64,000 bases of DNA from Rhynchopus sp. YZ270_cl-10 (Eukaryota), in contig OZ037841.1 of the NCBI GenBank assembly GCA_964035575.1, positions 1,612,001 to 1,676,000 on the forward strand, given 5' to 3'. This document shows, piece by piece, positions 34,552 through 46,496 of the stretch (position 1 is the stretch's first letter; the number at the start of each line of letters is the position of its first letter). The notes under the pieces were generated by a model. It was not told the origin of the DNA. It did no database searches and worked only from the letters and a program-made list of their open reading frames with translations. The translations under genes and the position numbers were made by a program.

Positions 34552-36895
34552 TACAATAATTTGTTGCGTTTTGATCAGCAACACCTCTGCCACTTTCGCT
34601 ACTTCATGTTTTTTTCACCCCCCTCTTTCTTTCCGGTGCCTGCGCCCGCAGATGAACGGTGAGGCGTTTGCACTTCCAACTCTTTTTTCTCTCTACAAAT
34701 ATCGGTACCCCTAAGCCCTCCCTGACTTTGCCGCGCTCGGTGTCGCAGCTCTGCAGCTCTGATTAATCTTCCTTAACCCGAAGGGGAGAGGCCACATCCT
34801 ACACCCCTTCCTTGCGTATCAAGCCCTTGCGAAACGGAGGCTAAGTGCCCGCTTCTTGTTGTTTTTTTCTTCAATGAAATAGGTGACTCAGGCACGAAGA
34901 CACGAAGCTGAACCTATCTATTTAAATTTTTTTTTGATGTACCAACAAGCGTAGCTTAAAAAAGAGAAATACTTCCTCAGATACGGTCGCCAAATCATTA
35001 TCCAGGGTAATTGAGCAATCAACAGAAAAAAAACCCCTCCTTTTTTTCAACCCCTTTTTTTTCCCCCTTGTTCTTTTATTGAGCATATTGAAATCAGTTT
35101 CGGTTCTAAATTCTTTATTGATACCAGGTTTCTTTGGTAATACGAAATCAAAACTCTGATGGTGCGTACGCGAGCTTTGTTTCCACCCCCTATTTTTTTT
35201 CCAACAACAACTGCCTTTCGTGGGGGAAAAATGCAACGCAGCACGGCTTGGGGCGACAAAACAAAACCCCCCCTTTTTTTCATTGGTTTCTGTTTACCAT
35301 ATTCTGAAATTAGGTTCTGTTTTTTTTTCCTCTCTCTCTCTCTCTCTCTCTTTTTGGGGATAAAATAATTTATGTTTATCATTCCAGTGTATGACCAAGG
35401 CAACATCACATCACCGACACACATATCCCTCCAAAAGCATATGTGCCAGTGAAGCCACAATGATCTTTACTTCAAATGTGTATGCACGTGAGGTGTATTC
35501 AGTATTCAACTTTCCCGTTCTTTTTCAAGACTAAGTGAATCTTAGGTTCATAGCAGAAGATGTCTATAATTTTTCAAATATTTCTCATGCGCATGAGGTA
35601 CTAAGGGGGTTTTTTTTTCGTGACCCCCCCCTCCTTCTCAATGATGTGCGTCAACAAAGGCATTTCAAAAAATAAAATTGAAAGTGGAGATTGCACAACT
35701 GAGGCAGCACAACCGAGGCAACTACACTACCCCAACAAGTTATCAAAAAAGTTCTTCTCTTCCTTTTTCGCTTTCCCCCTTTGTTCGAACCTTCGAAAAC
35801 AATAGAGGGCTTTTTCAAGTACAAAAGGCCACTGAAAATGGACAGAAGAACATAAGACACCTTTCCTGTGAAGAAGTGAAGATAAAGGAGGGGCTCTGCG
35901 TTGATGTGTTGCTCATCTAGCTATGGGATTGTGTCCGATGACAAATGTTTACGCTCCCTTGTGCCTTTGTGTGGAGGGGGTTCTCCTCCCTAAACAGATT
36001 CGTTTGTATAGTTGCATTTTTCATTTAAAAAGACGGCATTTGAGTTGAATCGTTGAAAAAAGATCAAGAATTTATACGAAAAAAGAGAGGCTCTTCGTTC
36101 TCGCAGTTTATTAAAGTGTATTTTGAGGTAATTCCTGTGCAGAATATGGCTGAGAGAAAGGTGTGTATGTGTGCACAAGCACTGTGTATCTCATGTTTAA
36201 TTAACTGCACGCACTATTTCTCTTTAAATATTTTGTGCGATGACAAAGAAATATTGTTACAACCCCTCTCGATTAATTATTTCAAACCAAATAATCCCAT
36301 TTCCCACAAACTTCTTGGGTATTGTTTTATTATTTTTTGTTGTTTTGAAGTATACACTGCACAGGAAAAAACCCATCCTTTTCGTTTTGTTTTGTACTGA
36401 TCTCGTATCCTCTACAGCTCTTTTGTTACAGCAACCAAGGGCTGCAGAAGGGTCTTTTACTTTCTTTTTTTTTTTCGATGTATGGTGTACATGACAAGCC
36501 GCTTGTGAGGAGTTAATGGCTTTTTGGCTGGGAAAAAACCCCAAAACTCCAAAACCCCCAGGGTACCCCAAGGGAACCCCCTAGGTCGTATTATACGTGC
36601 TCGGCCCCGACTGAATACCGTATTATTCGTATTACATGAGTACCGTATTTATACGGTATTAAACGGTATTATACAGAATTATACGGTGTTATACGGTGCT
36701 GCTGGGCCCCAACCGAATTGATTAATAATTTACACGGATTATTCGAATTTTTGCAACCTAAGAACCCGGAACCCCGGGGGTTTGTGTGGCTACGCCTAAA
36801 CCAGCACTCATTGCACCCAATGTATTTTGACGCTTTGGTGGTTTCTAAAAAAAATGCAACGTTGTTGGGAATAATTTTCCGTGGATTTCTTTTTG

Positions 36896-36898
<3 letters not shown>

Positions 36899-36930
<32 letters not shown>
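36899..36930. repeat. (CT)n microsatellite
   Basis: About 16 CT units read directly. Confidence 0.9.
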
Positions 36931-36934
<4 letters not shown>

Positions 36935-37958
36935 TTCGTTATGTTCCTTGTTTTGTTCTTTCCGCTGTTCGTCTGCGTGAAATGTGTTGGTGCTAGCACT
37001 TCTGTTATCTCATTTTGCAGAAACAAAAACAAAATACATAGTGGAGCTCATCCTCCAGGTGTCACTAATCCAACCAAGTTTTCAAAAAAACAACAAAAAA
37101 AAAAAAAAAAATCAGTTTTACCATCTGATCGAAAGAGACTGGGAAAAAAAACCCCCCCAAGCAGTTTGCGCAAAAAAGTGTATGTCGTTTGTGTTTCTGC
37201 TGTACCCCCTTTTTTTTTTACCGTGTCATAATAAAGTGATCCAAGAATACCTGTGAGGGGTTAAAAAACTAAGGGTGGATTTTGAGATTTCAAAAACCGG
37301 CGGAGGGTAGATTTTCCCCCACTCCCGATGTTTCTAGGATCATCATCAGAATTCAGCTTTTATTTTGTGTGTTCCAATTTAAAATTCTTGCGGGGGGGCA
37401 CCACAGCCCACCCCCCACCCATAGAGCGGCGGGACACCCCATTTTTCTTTTGTTGAAAATATTGTCTGGCCGGAAGGCTTATTCATTATTTGCAAACTCC
37501 TGCAAAAAGCTCTCGCACACACTCCGCTCGGGGAGGGGGTGGGGTAAGGTCCTCCTCCCACAGGGATAATGTTTTTGTTTTGTTCTTTTTTGTGAAGAGA
37601 ACGTATCTGAATTTGTGTTCCAAGGGAAGTGGGAAGGGTTGGGTTGGGTTGGTATTCTGTAACGCCAATGCACTTGAGGCATTATCCTGTAGGTGGCTAA
37701 AAAAGCACCACGAGGCTTAGGATCATCTTGTCATATCATTTCTTGGTCATATACCAAGGTACACTGTCACGAGAGGGCTGTTGTATTTCAAGTCAACTTT
37801 CTTTTCTTTTTTGTTTAAAGCAAGGGTACATTTTTCTTTGCACCCTCTCTCACCCTCTCTGCATTCTTTTTGTTTCGTAAAGAAAAGAATGTATATTGGT
37901 GCTCCTGAAATAAAAAATACCAAGTACGCAACAACTGCGCACTGAGTACGCAATATAA

Positions 37959-39007
37959 GGGAGCGTCCGCGAAAGACCCCCCCCCCTAAAGCTAACATCC
38001 ATGCTTATTGGTATTTCACTAATTAAAATTTTGGTATTTTATAAGATTTTTTTTTAAAATGAACTCAGAGTTAAGTTTCTGAGTTCATTAAAAAAAAAAT
38101 CGGTGAAAAATTCCGAGTAGGTATTAATTTAGATAGGAAAAGCTATGTCAACAGCTATGTGTCCCCTTATTTTACCTGTAAATACTAAGGATAGAGGAAG
38201 GAATTCAGTAATATCTGTCTCTAAACCCATTATCAAAAAGGGGGTAGGAAAGGGGGGTGGAGGCTTGTCGCCCCCTCCGAACACTCTAAATAGAGCGCGA
38301 AAGAGCTTCACGCTCCGGGTCGTCTGCGGCGACGTCGACTTTCTCGCAGAAAACCCCCTTTTTTGAGTGACCCTATTGACCTCCGTGATGAGTCTCTCCA
38401 AGAGTTACAGACAATTGTCCGCCTGTTCCTCCTCTTCCTCCTCCGTCTCGCTGTCACTGTCCTCCTGAGGGTGTCGCTGATGCAACTACAGGAGTAGTAA
38501 ACGGCGGACACCCCTTTTCTCCTGGTGGTGTCTTCTGCATATGGAGGGACATATGCTTCGAGCTACACACCTCGCGCATCCAGCTCCTCGCGCCCCACCC
38601 TTTGCCCCCCTGCCAGTGAACCCCTGCATACACCTGCAGCTCGGCGAAGTTTTTTAGGCCTCGGAAAGGCCGGGTTTTCAGCTCCTGAGCGAATGCTTTG
38701 GCTGCTGATTACATTTCCCCCTGTTGTGTTGTTCTATGGGTGGTTATATGGGTGTTTGTGAGGATTTCCTTGTATATCCTTAGTATTTACAGGTAAAATA
38801 AGGGGACACATAGCTGTTGACATAGCTTTTCCTATCTAAATTAATACCTACTCGGAATTTTTCACCGTTTTTTTTTTTAATGAACTCAGAAACTTAACTC
38901 TGAGTTCATTAAAAAAAAAAATCTTATAAAATACCAAAATTTTAATTAGTGAAATACCAATAAGCATGGATGTTAGCTTTAGGGGGGGGTCTTTCGCGGA
39001 CGCTGCC
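37959..39007. mobile_element. Non-autonomous element with long (about 235 bp) terminal inverted repeats
   Basis: 37959-38193 is the near-perfect reverse complement of about 38775-39007. Termini are GG...CC and ATAA lies on both flanks. Confidence 0.85.
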
Positions 39008-40143
39008 ATAATATTATGGGTATTCTTGTATTTTTTTTTTTTTTTCGTGCACAAAGTGCGCAACAAGTACCCAAAATGGGGTTATCAGGAGCACCATATA
39101 TGAAATAATTTTTGTTTATGCAATGTGTCTTTGCCCCATTCTTCTATTGTTCTGGTGCTTCCTCCTTCAGAGGCATGTGCACTTCCAACTACCATTTCCC
39201 CACAACCTTCCTTCAACCCCTGTACGGTCACAACCCAGGGTAAGGTATAGTATTGAAATCGATGGGGTAAACGGTTCATTTTATCCCAGATTTTGAGGAA
39301 TTTTTTTTTTGCCGAAAATGGGCCACCTATTGGTGACTGGTGTTTTTTTTTCTTGAGTCGATGTGGGTAGCGTAACTAAAAAAGATGAACGGGGTTTTTA
39401 TTATTTTGCGAACAAGAAATGTGTACACAATCATTTTTTTTCTTGGTTGCCTCAATACTGCCCTGTGCTCTCCCTGCTGTTCTTCAGAGATTGAACTAAG
39501 GGAGGTCGTGTTTTGAAAGATGTGTGCAAGAAGCACATCCACTCTTCCAAATTTTCATTGTCTTTTTCCACCTCGAATACTGATGAAAAAAATGTGATCC
39601 ACGAGTCACAATTGATTGGGGTATATTCCGCACTACAGGATTCCCCAAGACACTGGTTTTAAGCACCTCTTCCCCAATTTTTTTTTTCAAAAAAAATTGT
39701 CTAAACTGATTTCTTCTCTTACGAAGAAGTTTCTTTTTTTGCATCTTTTTTGGCGCTCCCCCTATTGTCTCCCTCACTTTTTATATCATTCTATTGCGTG
39801 CTTCTTAATGGATATTTTTTTTCTCTGTTTTAGGTACACTGTCACAAGAGGGCTGTTGTATTTCAAGTCAACTTTTTTTTCTGTGTGTTCGGATATGGTG
39901 TCGGGTCACTTTGTGGCTTCTACCAACTAATGGCCGGCTGCCAGCTCAGATGGTCTGTGGGTAAATATTTTATTCAGGAATGCGATATTGCCAGTGTTGT
40001 GTTGTGTTGTGTTGTCATGTGACAACGTGAATGTCAAATGGAATCTCCCCATCCCCTTTCTCAGCAACCTATGCTCATCACGTTGTCTCGTGATGTGACT
40101 CAACAAAGCACAAAACAGATCCACCCACATCACCATCAACACC

Positions 40144-40839
40144 ATGTCCGTGCCAAAGCTTGAGATCGGCTACTGGAAGATCAGAGGCCTTGCCGCGCCA
40201 CTGAGGATGCTTCTGAACTACGCAGAAGTTGACTTTGTCGACACGCAGATGGTCGGCACCACACCCGAAGCCAAGCGTGAGGTGTGGTTTGAGGGCCGCA
40301 AGCCGGAGTTGCTGAAGAAGAACCCTCTCGTGTCACTGCCGTTCGTTGTGGATGGGGAGACGGTGATCACACAGAGCAACCAGTGCCTGCTGTACGTTGC
40401 ACGCAAGTACGGCCTTGCTGGGACGCCGGAGACAGTGGATGCTGTGGAGCAGATCCTTCTTGAGGTGTTTGACCTGCGCAACGCAACTGTGTCTGTTGCC
40501 TACTGCCAGGAGCCACGTGAGAAGTTTCTTGAGATTATGTCTGCGCACTTCTCGGGGACTGTGAAGACGTCACTTGACAAGCTGGAGAGCTGCTTTGTCT
40601 TTTACGGGAAGACATTTGCCTGCACTGACACACCCTCTGTGTGCGACTTCCACCTGTGGGAGATGCTGGACCAGCATGAGATGATGAAGGATGTGGTGGG
40701 TGTGGAGTCGCCACTGAGCACACGCCCGAAGCTGGCTGCTTTCTACAAGGCGTTCAGGGAACTTCCACAGCTGCAGAAGTACTTTGCGAGTGAGGCGTAC
40801 AAACTGCCTGTCAACAATATATACGCTCAGTTCAAATGA
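40144..40839 (+). CDS. Glutathione S-transferase, mu-class-like (copy 1)
   Basis: Motifs GYWKIRGLAAPLRMLL, NPLVSLPFVVDG, ITQSN and DFHLWEMLD. Confidence 0.93.
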   Translation: MSVPKLEIGYWKIRGLAAPLRMLLNYAEVDFVDTQMVGTTPEAKREVWFEGRKPELLKKNPLVSLPFVVDGETVITQSNQCLLYVARKYGLAGTPETVDAVEQILLEVFDLRNATVSVAYCQEPREKFLEIMSAHFSGTVKTSLDKLESCFVFYGKTFACTDTPSVCDFHLWEMLDQHEMMKDVVGVESPLSTRPKLAAFYKAFRELPQLQKYFASEAYKLPVNNIYAQFK

Positions 40840-41580
40840 GTCAAACGAGTCATGCTCGAGTAGTTTCATAATCGGCCTGCTTTTGATACGGGCGACGTTA
40901 GCGTACAAGACTCGTGTAGCCATCATCCGGACAGCCTATGATTACTGCGTTGGAGCAATACCCGCAATTGTGCCCCACTGGTCCCTCATCCACCCCTTCT
41001 CTCCTTAACGCAATGCAAGCATTAACGTAACCAACTGCTTGAGTGTTCAAACAGTCTTTCTGTCTCTTACCTCATTTGTTTTACATTGCTTCCCTAGGGG
41101 CACGTGCACCCTGCTACTGTTGTGTTTTGCAACGTCTCCCTATTGATCTGTACGTGGTGAGTCAGAACCCAATGCGGCACATAAAACCCCGCCCTTTTGT
41201 CTTCCTCCCCCACGCACGGCACAGTATGGACAGCCAGCTCCTGAACTAACTACTGCCATCATTTGTAGGTGTAGGACCTATACTTGAAGCGGTAACAATC
41301 AACTGTTGTTCTTTCCAATGTGCTGCTTACAGCCATCTTCTTGGGTTGTCTGGTGCAGTATGTGGTATTCAGCAGGTGCTGACGTTGGTTGTACCCAGTG
41401 CCTGATGTGTGTTCAGCTCTTTCAAACATCTATTTTTGTTAATCTTTTCAAGAGGGACAGTCACCTGATGAAGTTATCGTCAGCGATGTATTGTGCTCTT
41501 GTTGATACTTTTGTACATCAACAGTATCTTCGATGTGTCTCACGGTTCCAAATGGTGACTAACTTTTCAAATGAAGCAAT

Positions 41581-42241
41581 CAGGGTATTAGGGTGAAAAT
41601 CCAAAATTCCGGAAAAAACTGGTTTTTCTGGTTTTCTCTCCTGGGTGGCGAAAACTAGTGTTTCCGGTGAAAACCTCCACCGTTGACGGACACAGTCACC
41701 TTTTTCGGGTTTTTCGGGGGTGGGGTCAGTGTCTTATCCAGGAATCCAGATTTCAAGATTGGGGAGGTCAGCTTGTTTTTTGCTAAAAATATATTTCGGC
41801 GCTGCTGACCAGGGTAGATTGGGAACATTGGGACTGTGTTTTGGCGGAGCAAAAAAAATAATACAAAATGGCGCCGCAGGCGAAAAATTTTGAGGGTACG
41901 GTGTAGAAATCTAGCTTTTTACACCACAGAGCCACTCAACGAACCCTTTTTTGCGGAGCAAAAAAATGAAAAATGGCTCCGCAGGCAAAAAAAAAATCAA
42001 GGAACAGCCATTTCCCAAAGGCACTCCCGTGGTTCAACCACGGTTCTACCAGGCGGGGAAAAAATGCGGGGAAAAAAAATCGAGTCCGCCCTAATCTGGG
42101 GACGACATTTACAGAAAGGCCTGGTGAAAAGTGTCGGTTTTTTTTTTCCCTCCAGATTTCTCTGTTTTTTTTTTTTTTGAAAACCAGTTTTTGGAAAAAC
42201 TGGTTTTCAAAACCAGTTTTTTTAACCACCCTAATACCCTG
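41581..42241. mobile_element. MITE with hAT-like termini
   Basis: 15-bp perfect TIR CAGGGTATTAGGGTG. TGAAGCAAT flanks both sides, but the right copy is offset by 2 nt, so the TSD is not clean. Confidence 0.7.
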
Positions 42242-42362
42242 CTTGAAGCAATAGATGCAAAAAAAAAAAAAGGGGGTTATTACGTCTTGATCACAGGAAT
42301 TTACTATTTTTGCAGCAACAAAGCACCACAAAACAGATCCCCACATCACCATCATCAACACC

Positions 42363-43058
42363 ATGTCCGTGCCAAAGCTTGAGATCGGCTACTGGAAGAT
42401 CAGAGGCCTTGCCGCGCCACTGAGGATGCTTCTGAACTACGCAGAAGTTGACTTTGTCGACACGCAGATGGTCGGCACCACACCCGAAGCCAAGCGTGAG
42501 GTGTGGTTTGAGGGCCGCAAGCCGGAGTTGCTGAAGAAGAACCCTCTCGTGTCACTGCCGTTCGTTGTGGATGGGGAGACGGTGATCACACAGAGCAACC
42601 AGTGCCTGCTGTACGTTGCACGCAAGTACGGTCTTGCTGGGACGCCGGAGACAGTGGATGCTGTGGAGCAGATCCTTCTTGAGGTGTTTGACCTGCGCAA
42701 CGCAACTGTGCGTGTTGCGTACTGTCAGGAGCCACGTGAGAAGTTTCTTGAGATCATGTCTGCGCACTTCTCGGGGACTGTGAAGACGTCACTTGACAAG
42801 CTGGAGAGCTGCTTTGTCTTTTACGGGAAGACATTTGCCTGCACTGACACACCCTCTGTGTGCGACTTCCACCTGTGGGAGATGCTGGACCAGCATGAGA
42901 TGATGAAGGATGTGGTGGGTGTGGAGTCGCCACTGAGCACACGCCCGAAGCTGGCTGCTTTCTACAAGGCATTCAGGGAACTTCCACAGCTGCAGAAGTA
43001 CTTTGCGAGTGAGGCATACAAACTGCCTGTCAACAACGGACACGCTCAGTTCAAGTGA
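42363..43058 (+). CDS. Glutathione S-transferase, mu-class-like (copy 2)
   Basis: Nearly identical to copy 1. Confidence 0.93.
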   Translation: MSVPKLEIGYWKIRGLAAPLRMLLNYAEVDFVDTQMVGTTPEAKREVWFEGRKPELLKKNPLVSLPFVVDGETVITQSNQCLLYVARKYGLAGTPETVDAVEQILLEVFDLRNATVRVAYCQEPREKFLEIMSAHFSGTVKTSLDKLESCFVFYGKTFACTDTPSVCDFHLWEMLDQHEMMKDVVGVESPLSTRPKLAAFYKAFRELPQLQKYFASEAYKLPVNNGHAQFK

Positions 43059-43953
43059 TCACGCAAGCGACTTGTTGTCTCCAGTCTTGTTATACGCTTT
43101 CCCCTCTCCCTTTTTCCAACTGAAACCTACAGACGTACTGTTACATCCTGATGCAGTATCGTCTCCCTCCCTCATTAGCTCTACTTATCTTTCTTCACTA
43201 GGTTACTTTCCAAGACCATTTTCTCATCAAACTATTTTTTTCCAACTTCACTGTATTATCTTTACTGAGTTTTGGCAATGTGTGCGGCCGCTTCTGCTTC
43301 AACTCATTCCTTTTAGTATTGCTGGATGGGCGTGCGACGCAATAAGTGTCTATCCTCCCCAATCAAAGCGCCGCTCAATTGGAACGTCTTGTCTGCCGCA
43401 ATGATGTGGATGTATTCATAACCCTCAATCTGCTCTGTGATGTCTCGGTGGCCCTGTCTCGATGGTAGTGAATATGGTGCTCATATGCACTCTTGTTCAT
43501 CGTTCCAACGACGCCAGGTGTTGCTGGCTTTCTCCAGACCTGCATGGGGGACTACGAACCACAGGTAGTCAGGGACGCACTTTTGATGCAAATTGCGTTT
43601 CTTCACGATGACCATGCGTGTGACGCTTGGACTCATCGTATCGTTTTTCTTCTTTGCGTGTTTTTGTCATCATACTTATTGTTGCTTCTCTTTGAGGCAT
43701 TAGTTAAGAATCGGTGACATCCAGTGTGAAATGTTATTGTTATCGTTTTATTTACCGTACGACGATGTGAGAGGAGTCTCTACTTTCTAGAGGTCGTTTT
43801 CGTGACGGATGTGTCACGACAATGGTATTCACTTTAGAAGTGTGTTCTCAGGTGTCTGTAGTCTCATGTGTGGACCCTGTTTTCATAAGGCTTTTTTCGT
43901 ACATGTTGTTCGTTTGTTTTTTTCATTGTTTTTGTTTTTTTACTGAACATGTA

Positions 43954-44471
43954 CCCTCATAGTATAAATTATGTTATTGTTACAAATAAATTATTTCGGC
44001 GATTTTTATTTTTTTTATAACATTTTTGCATTTTGTTACTTTTTTCATTTTTTGTATTTTATTTTTTTGTAACATTTTTGTTACGCCGCAGGCGTAACAA
44101 AAATGTTACTGGGGAGGCTAATAAAGCATACAGCGCGGAAACCCCTGCCACATGATGGTGTAAAAATCTAGCTTTTTACACAGAGTCACTCAACGAACCC
44201 TTTTTTGCGGAGCAAAAAAGGGAAAATGGCGCCGCAGGCAAAAAAAAATTGAGGTACAGCCTGGATCGTGTGGTCAGCAACCCAGTTCCCTATGGTACTA
44301 CCGTGGTTCAACCATGGGCTTTTTATTTTTTCTTTGTAACATTTGTTACTTTTTGCCCAACTGCAAAAAAACGAATAAAACATTTTATAAAATTGTTACA
44401 AAAAAAATGTTACTTTTGGGTCATTTTTTTAGTAATTTATTTTTGAAAAAACATTATTTTTACTATGAGGG
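43954..44471. mobile_element. MITE flanked by TA (Tc1/mariner-like)
   Basis: TIR CCCTCATAGTA extends imperfectly into A(A/T)(T/A)ATGTT. TA lies on both flanks. The AT-rich subterminal regions are rich in GTTAC/GTAAC. Confidence 0.65.
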
Positions 44472-44642
44472 TATTCATTCCGTTGGGCCTGCACATCACG
44501 CAAGAATATATGAGTGGTTATTAGTTATTTTAAGTGGAATGTATTGTTGCTCTACGTCGTCCTGGATTTTTCTCATAATGAAGACCACCCTCCCAGCACC
44601 ACTACACCTCGCAGCAGCAACAAAAGGGCCAACACAGAAACC

Positions 44643-45341
44643 ATGTCCGTGCCAGCAAAGCTTGAGATCGGCTACTGGAAGATCAGAGGCCTTGCCGCGC
44701 CACTGAGGATGCTTCTGAACTACGCAGAGGTTGACTTTGTCGACACGCAGATGGTCGGCACCACACCCGAAGCCAAGCGTGAGGTGTGGTTTGAGGGCCG
44801 CAAGCCGGAGCTGCTGAAGAAGAACCCTCTCGTGTCACTGCCGTTCGTTGTGGATGGGGAGACGGTGATCACACAGAGCAACCAGTGCCTGCTGTACGTT
44901 GCACGCAAGTACGGCCTTGCTGGGACGCCGGAGACAGTGGATGCTGTGGAGCAGATCCTTCTTGAGGTGTTTGACCTGCGCAACGCAACTGTGCGTGTTG
45001 CCTACTGCCAGGAGCCACGTGAGAAGTTTCTTGAGATCATGTCTGCACACTTCTCGGGGACTGTGAAGACGTCACTTGACAAGCTGGAGAGCTGCTTTGT
45101 CTTTTACGGGAAGACATTTGCCTGCACTGACACACCCTCTGTGTGCGACTTCCACCTGTGGGAGATGCTGGACCAGCATGAGATGATGAAGGATGTGGTG
45201 GGTGTGGAGTCGCCACTGAGCACACGCCCGAAGCTGGCTGCTTTCTACAAGGCGTTCAGGGAACTTCCACAGCTGCAGAAGTACTTTGCGAGTGAGGCAT
45301 ACAAACTGCCTGTCAACAACGGACACGCTCAGTTCAAGTGA
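44643..45341 (+). CDS. Glutathione S-transferase, mu-class-like (copy 3)
   Basis: The ATG at 44643 (MSVPAKLEIGYW) matches the paralogue starts, with a one-codon insertion. Confidence 0.93.
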   Translation: MSVPAKLEIGYWKIRGLAAPLRMLLNYAEVDFVDTQMVGTTPEAKREVWFEGRKPELLKKNPLVSLPFVVDGETVITQSNQCLLYVARKYGLAGTPETVDAVEQILLEVFDLRNATVRVAYCQEPREKFLEIMSAHFSGTVKTSLDKLESCFVFYGKTFACTDTPSVCDFHLWEMLDQHEMMKDVVGVESPLSTRPKLAAFYKAFRELPQLQKYFASEAYKLPVNNGHAQFK

Positions 45342-45603
45342 TCATTTTATTTGTTCACCACTACGTGTTGTGTTTTCAACCACCTACTGTTACGTTTATA
45401 GTTTTCCCACTTTTTTCAGTGTCAAATGCAACGTTCAGAGAGCATGATGGGATACAGTATTTTTGAGTTTCTGTTAATACACACACAGAAGACACGCTTG
45501 CTCCCTACATACTCCACGCCAACGTCTACATGAAAACGTTGTTTTTCTTCGTTTTGATTTATGTCCCACCCACCACCCACCCACCCGAGACTTTATCCCG
45601 TAA

Positions 45604-46181
45604 GGGTAGTGTAACTTTTTCAGCCTGTTACCGTTACCGCCCGCCGGATTTTTTGAAAACCAAAAAAAAAAAGTTATGTAGAAAGTACCTAGGGAAAAAA
45701 GTTATGAAGAGGTTCTATAGGAAAGATGTGGGTGGGGCTGTACAGGGCCCATACCTATGGCACCTCACTATCAATTGGTGAGTCAGCAATTTTTCTCGAG
45801 AGAAAAGTTGTTTGCCTTCGCGAGTGTTTTCTTGTACTGTACACTGTACACTGTACACTGTACACTGTACACTGTACACTGTACACTGTACACACTGTAG
45901 TACCTATAACTTTCTGGTACCTAGACAGTGTCCAGGAACCTAGGTACCCAGGCAACATGATAATGAGACACAAAATGCTACACGTAACAGAAAACAAGCT
46001 ACACGTCACGAAAATAAGGATTTTATTGTGAAGAAAACTCTGAAAAAATGTAAGAAAATCTCTTCATAACTTTTCTTCCCCTGGTAAAACTTTTTTTTCT
46101 TCATAACTTTTTTTCTCCGCCGCCCGCCGGATTTTTCGAACACCAAAATAACGGTAACAGACCGAAAAAGTTACACTACCC
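45604..46181. mobile_element. PIF/Harbinger (Tourist-like) MITE
   Basis: About 33-bp TIR GGGTAGTGTAACTTTTTCnGnCTGTTACCGTTA. 3-bp TAA TSD at 45601-45603 and 46182-46184. Confidence 0.85.
45837..45892. repeat. 7-bp tandem repeat (CTGTACA)x8
   Basis: Read directly; it lies inside the MITE. Confidence 0.95.
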
Positions 46182-46496
46182 TAACTGCTTTGGTCACCTA
46201 ACGAAGGTTTTATGGCAACGGAACAGAAAAGGGATGCCATGTTGCTACCTTGCTCTGCCCCACCCACACGACGCATTTCTTTTGTTAGTCTTCCAGAAGA
46301 AGAGGCTCCATTTTAAATCGAAAAGTAATGTCGATACAGCAATGGTGCCACCATAATATTTTTCCACAACATCAAAACACCCATCCGCACGATCCACAAA
46401 ACGCACCCCCAACACCCCCCCTTTTTTTCGCCACATTGCTTGCCTTTCATCTCTACCTGTTCTCCCCACTCACTACCATTGCTCATACCACCTTTC

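Noticed and set aside
44514..44642. N-terminal extension of GST copy 3 in the ORF track
   Set aside because: It starts at a non-ATG codon, and the paralogues start at the ATG equivalent to 44643.
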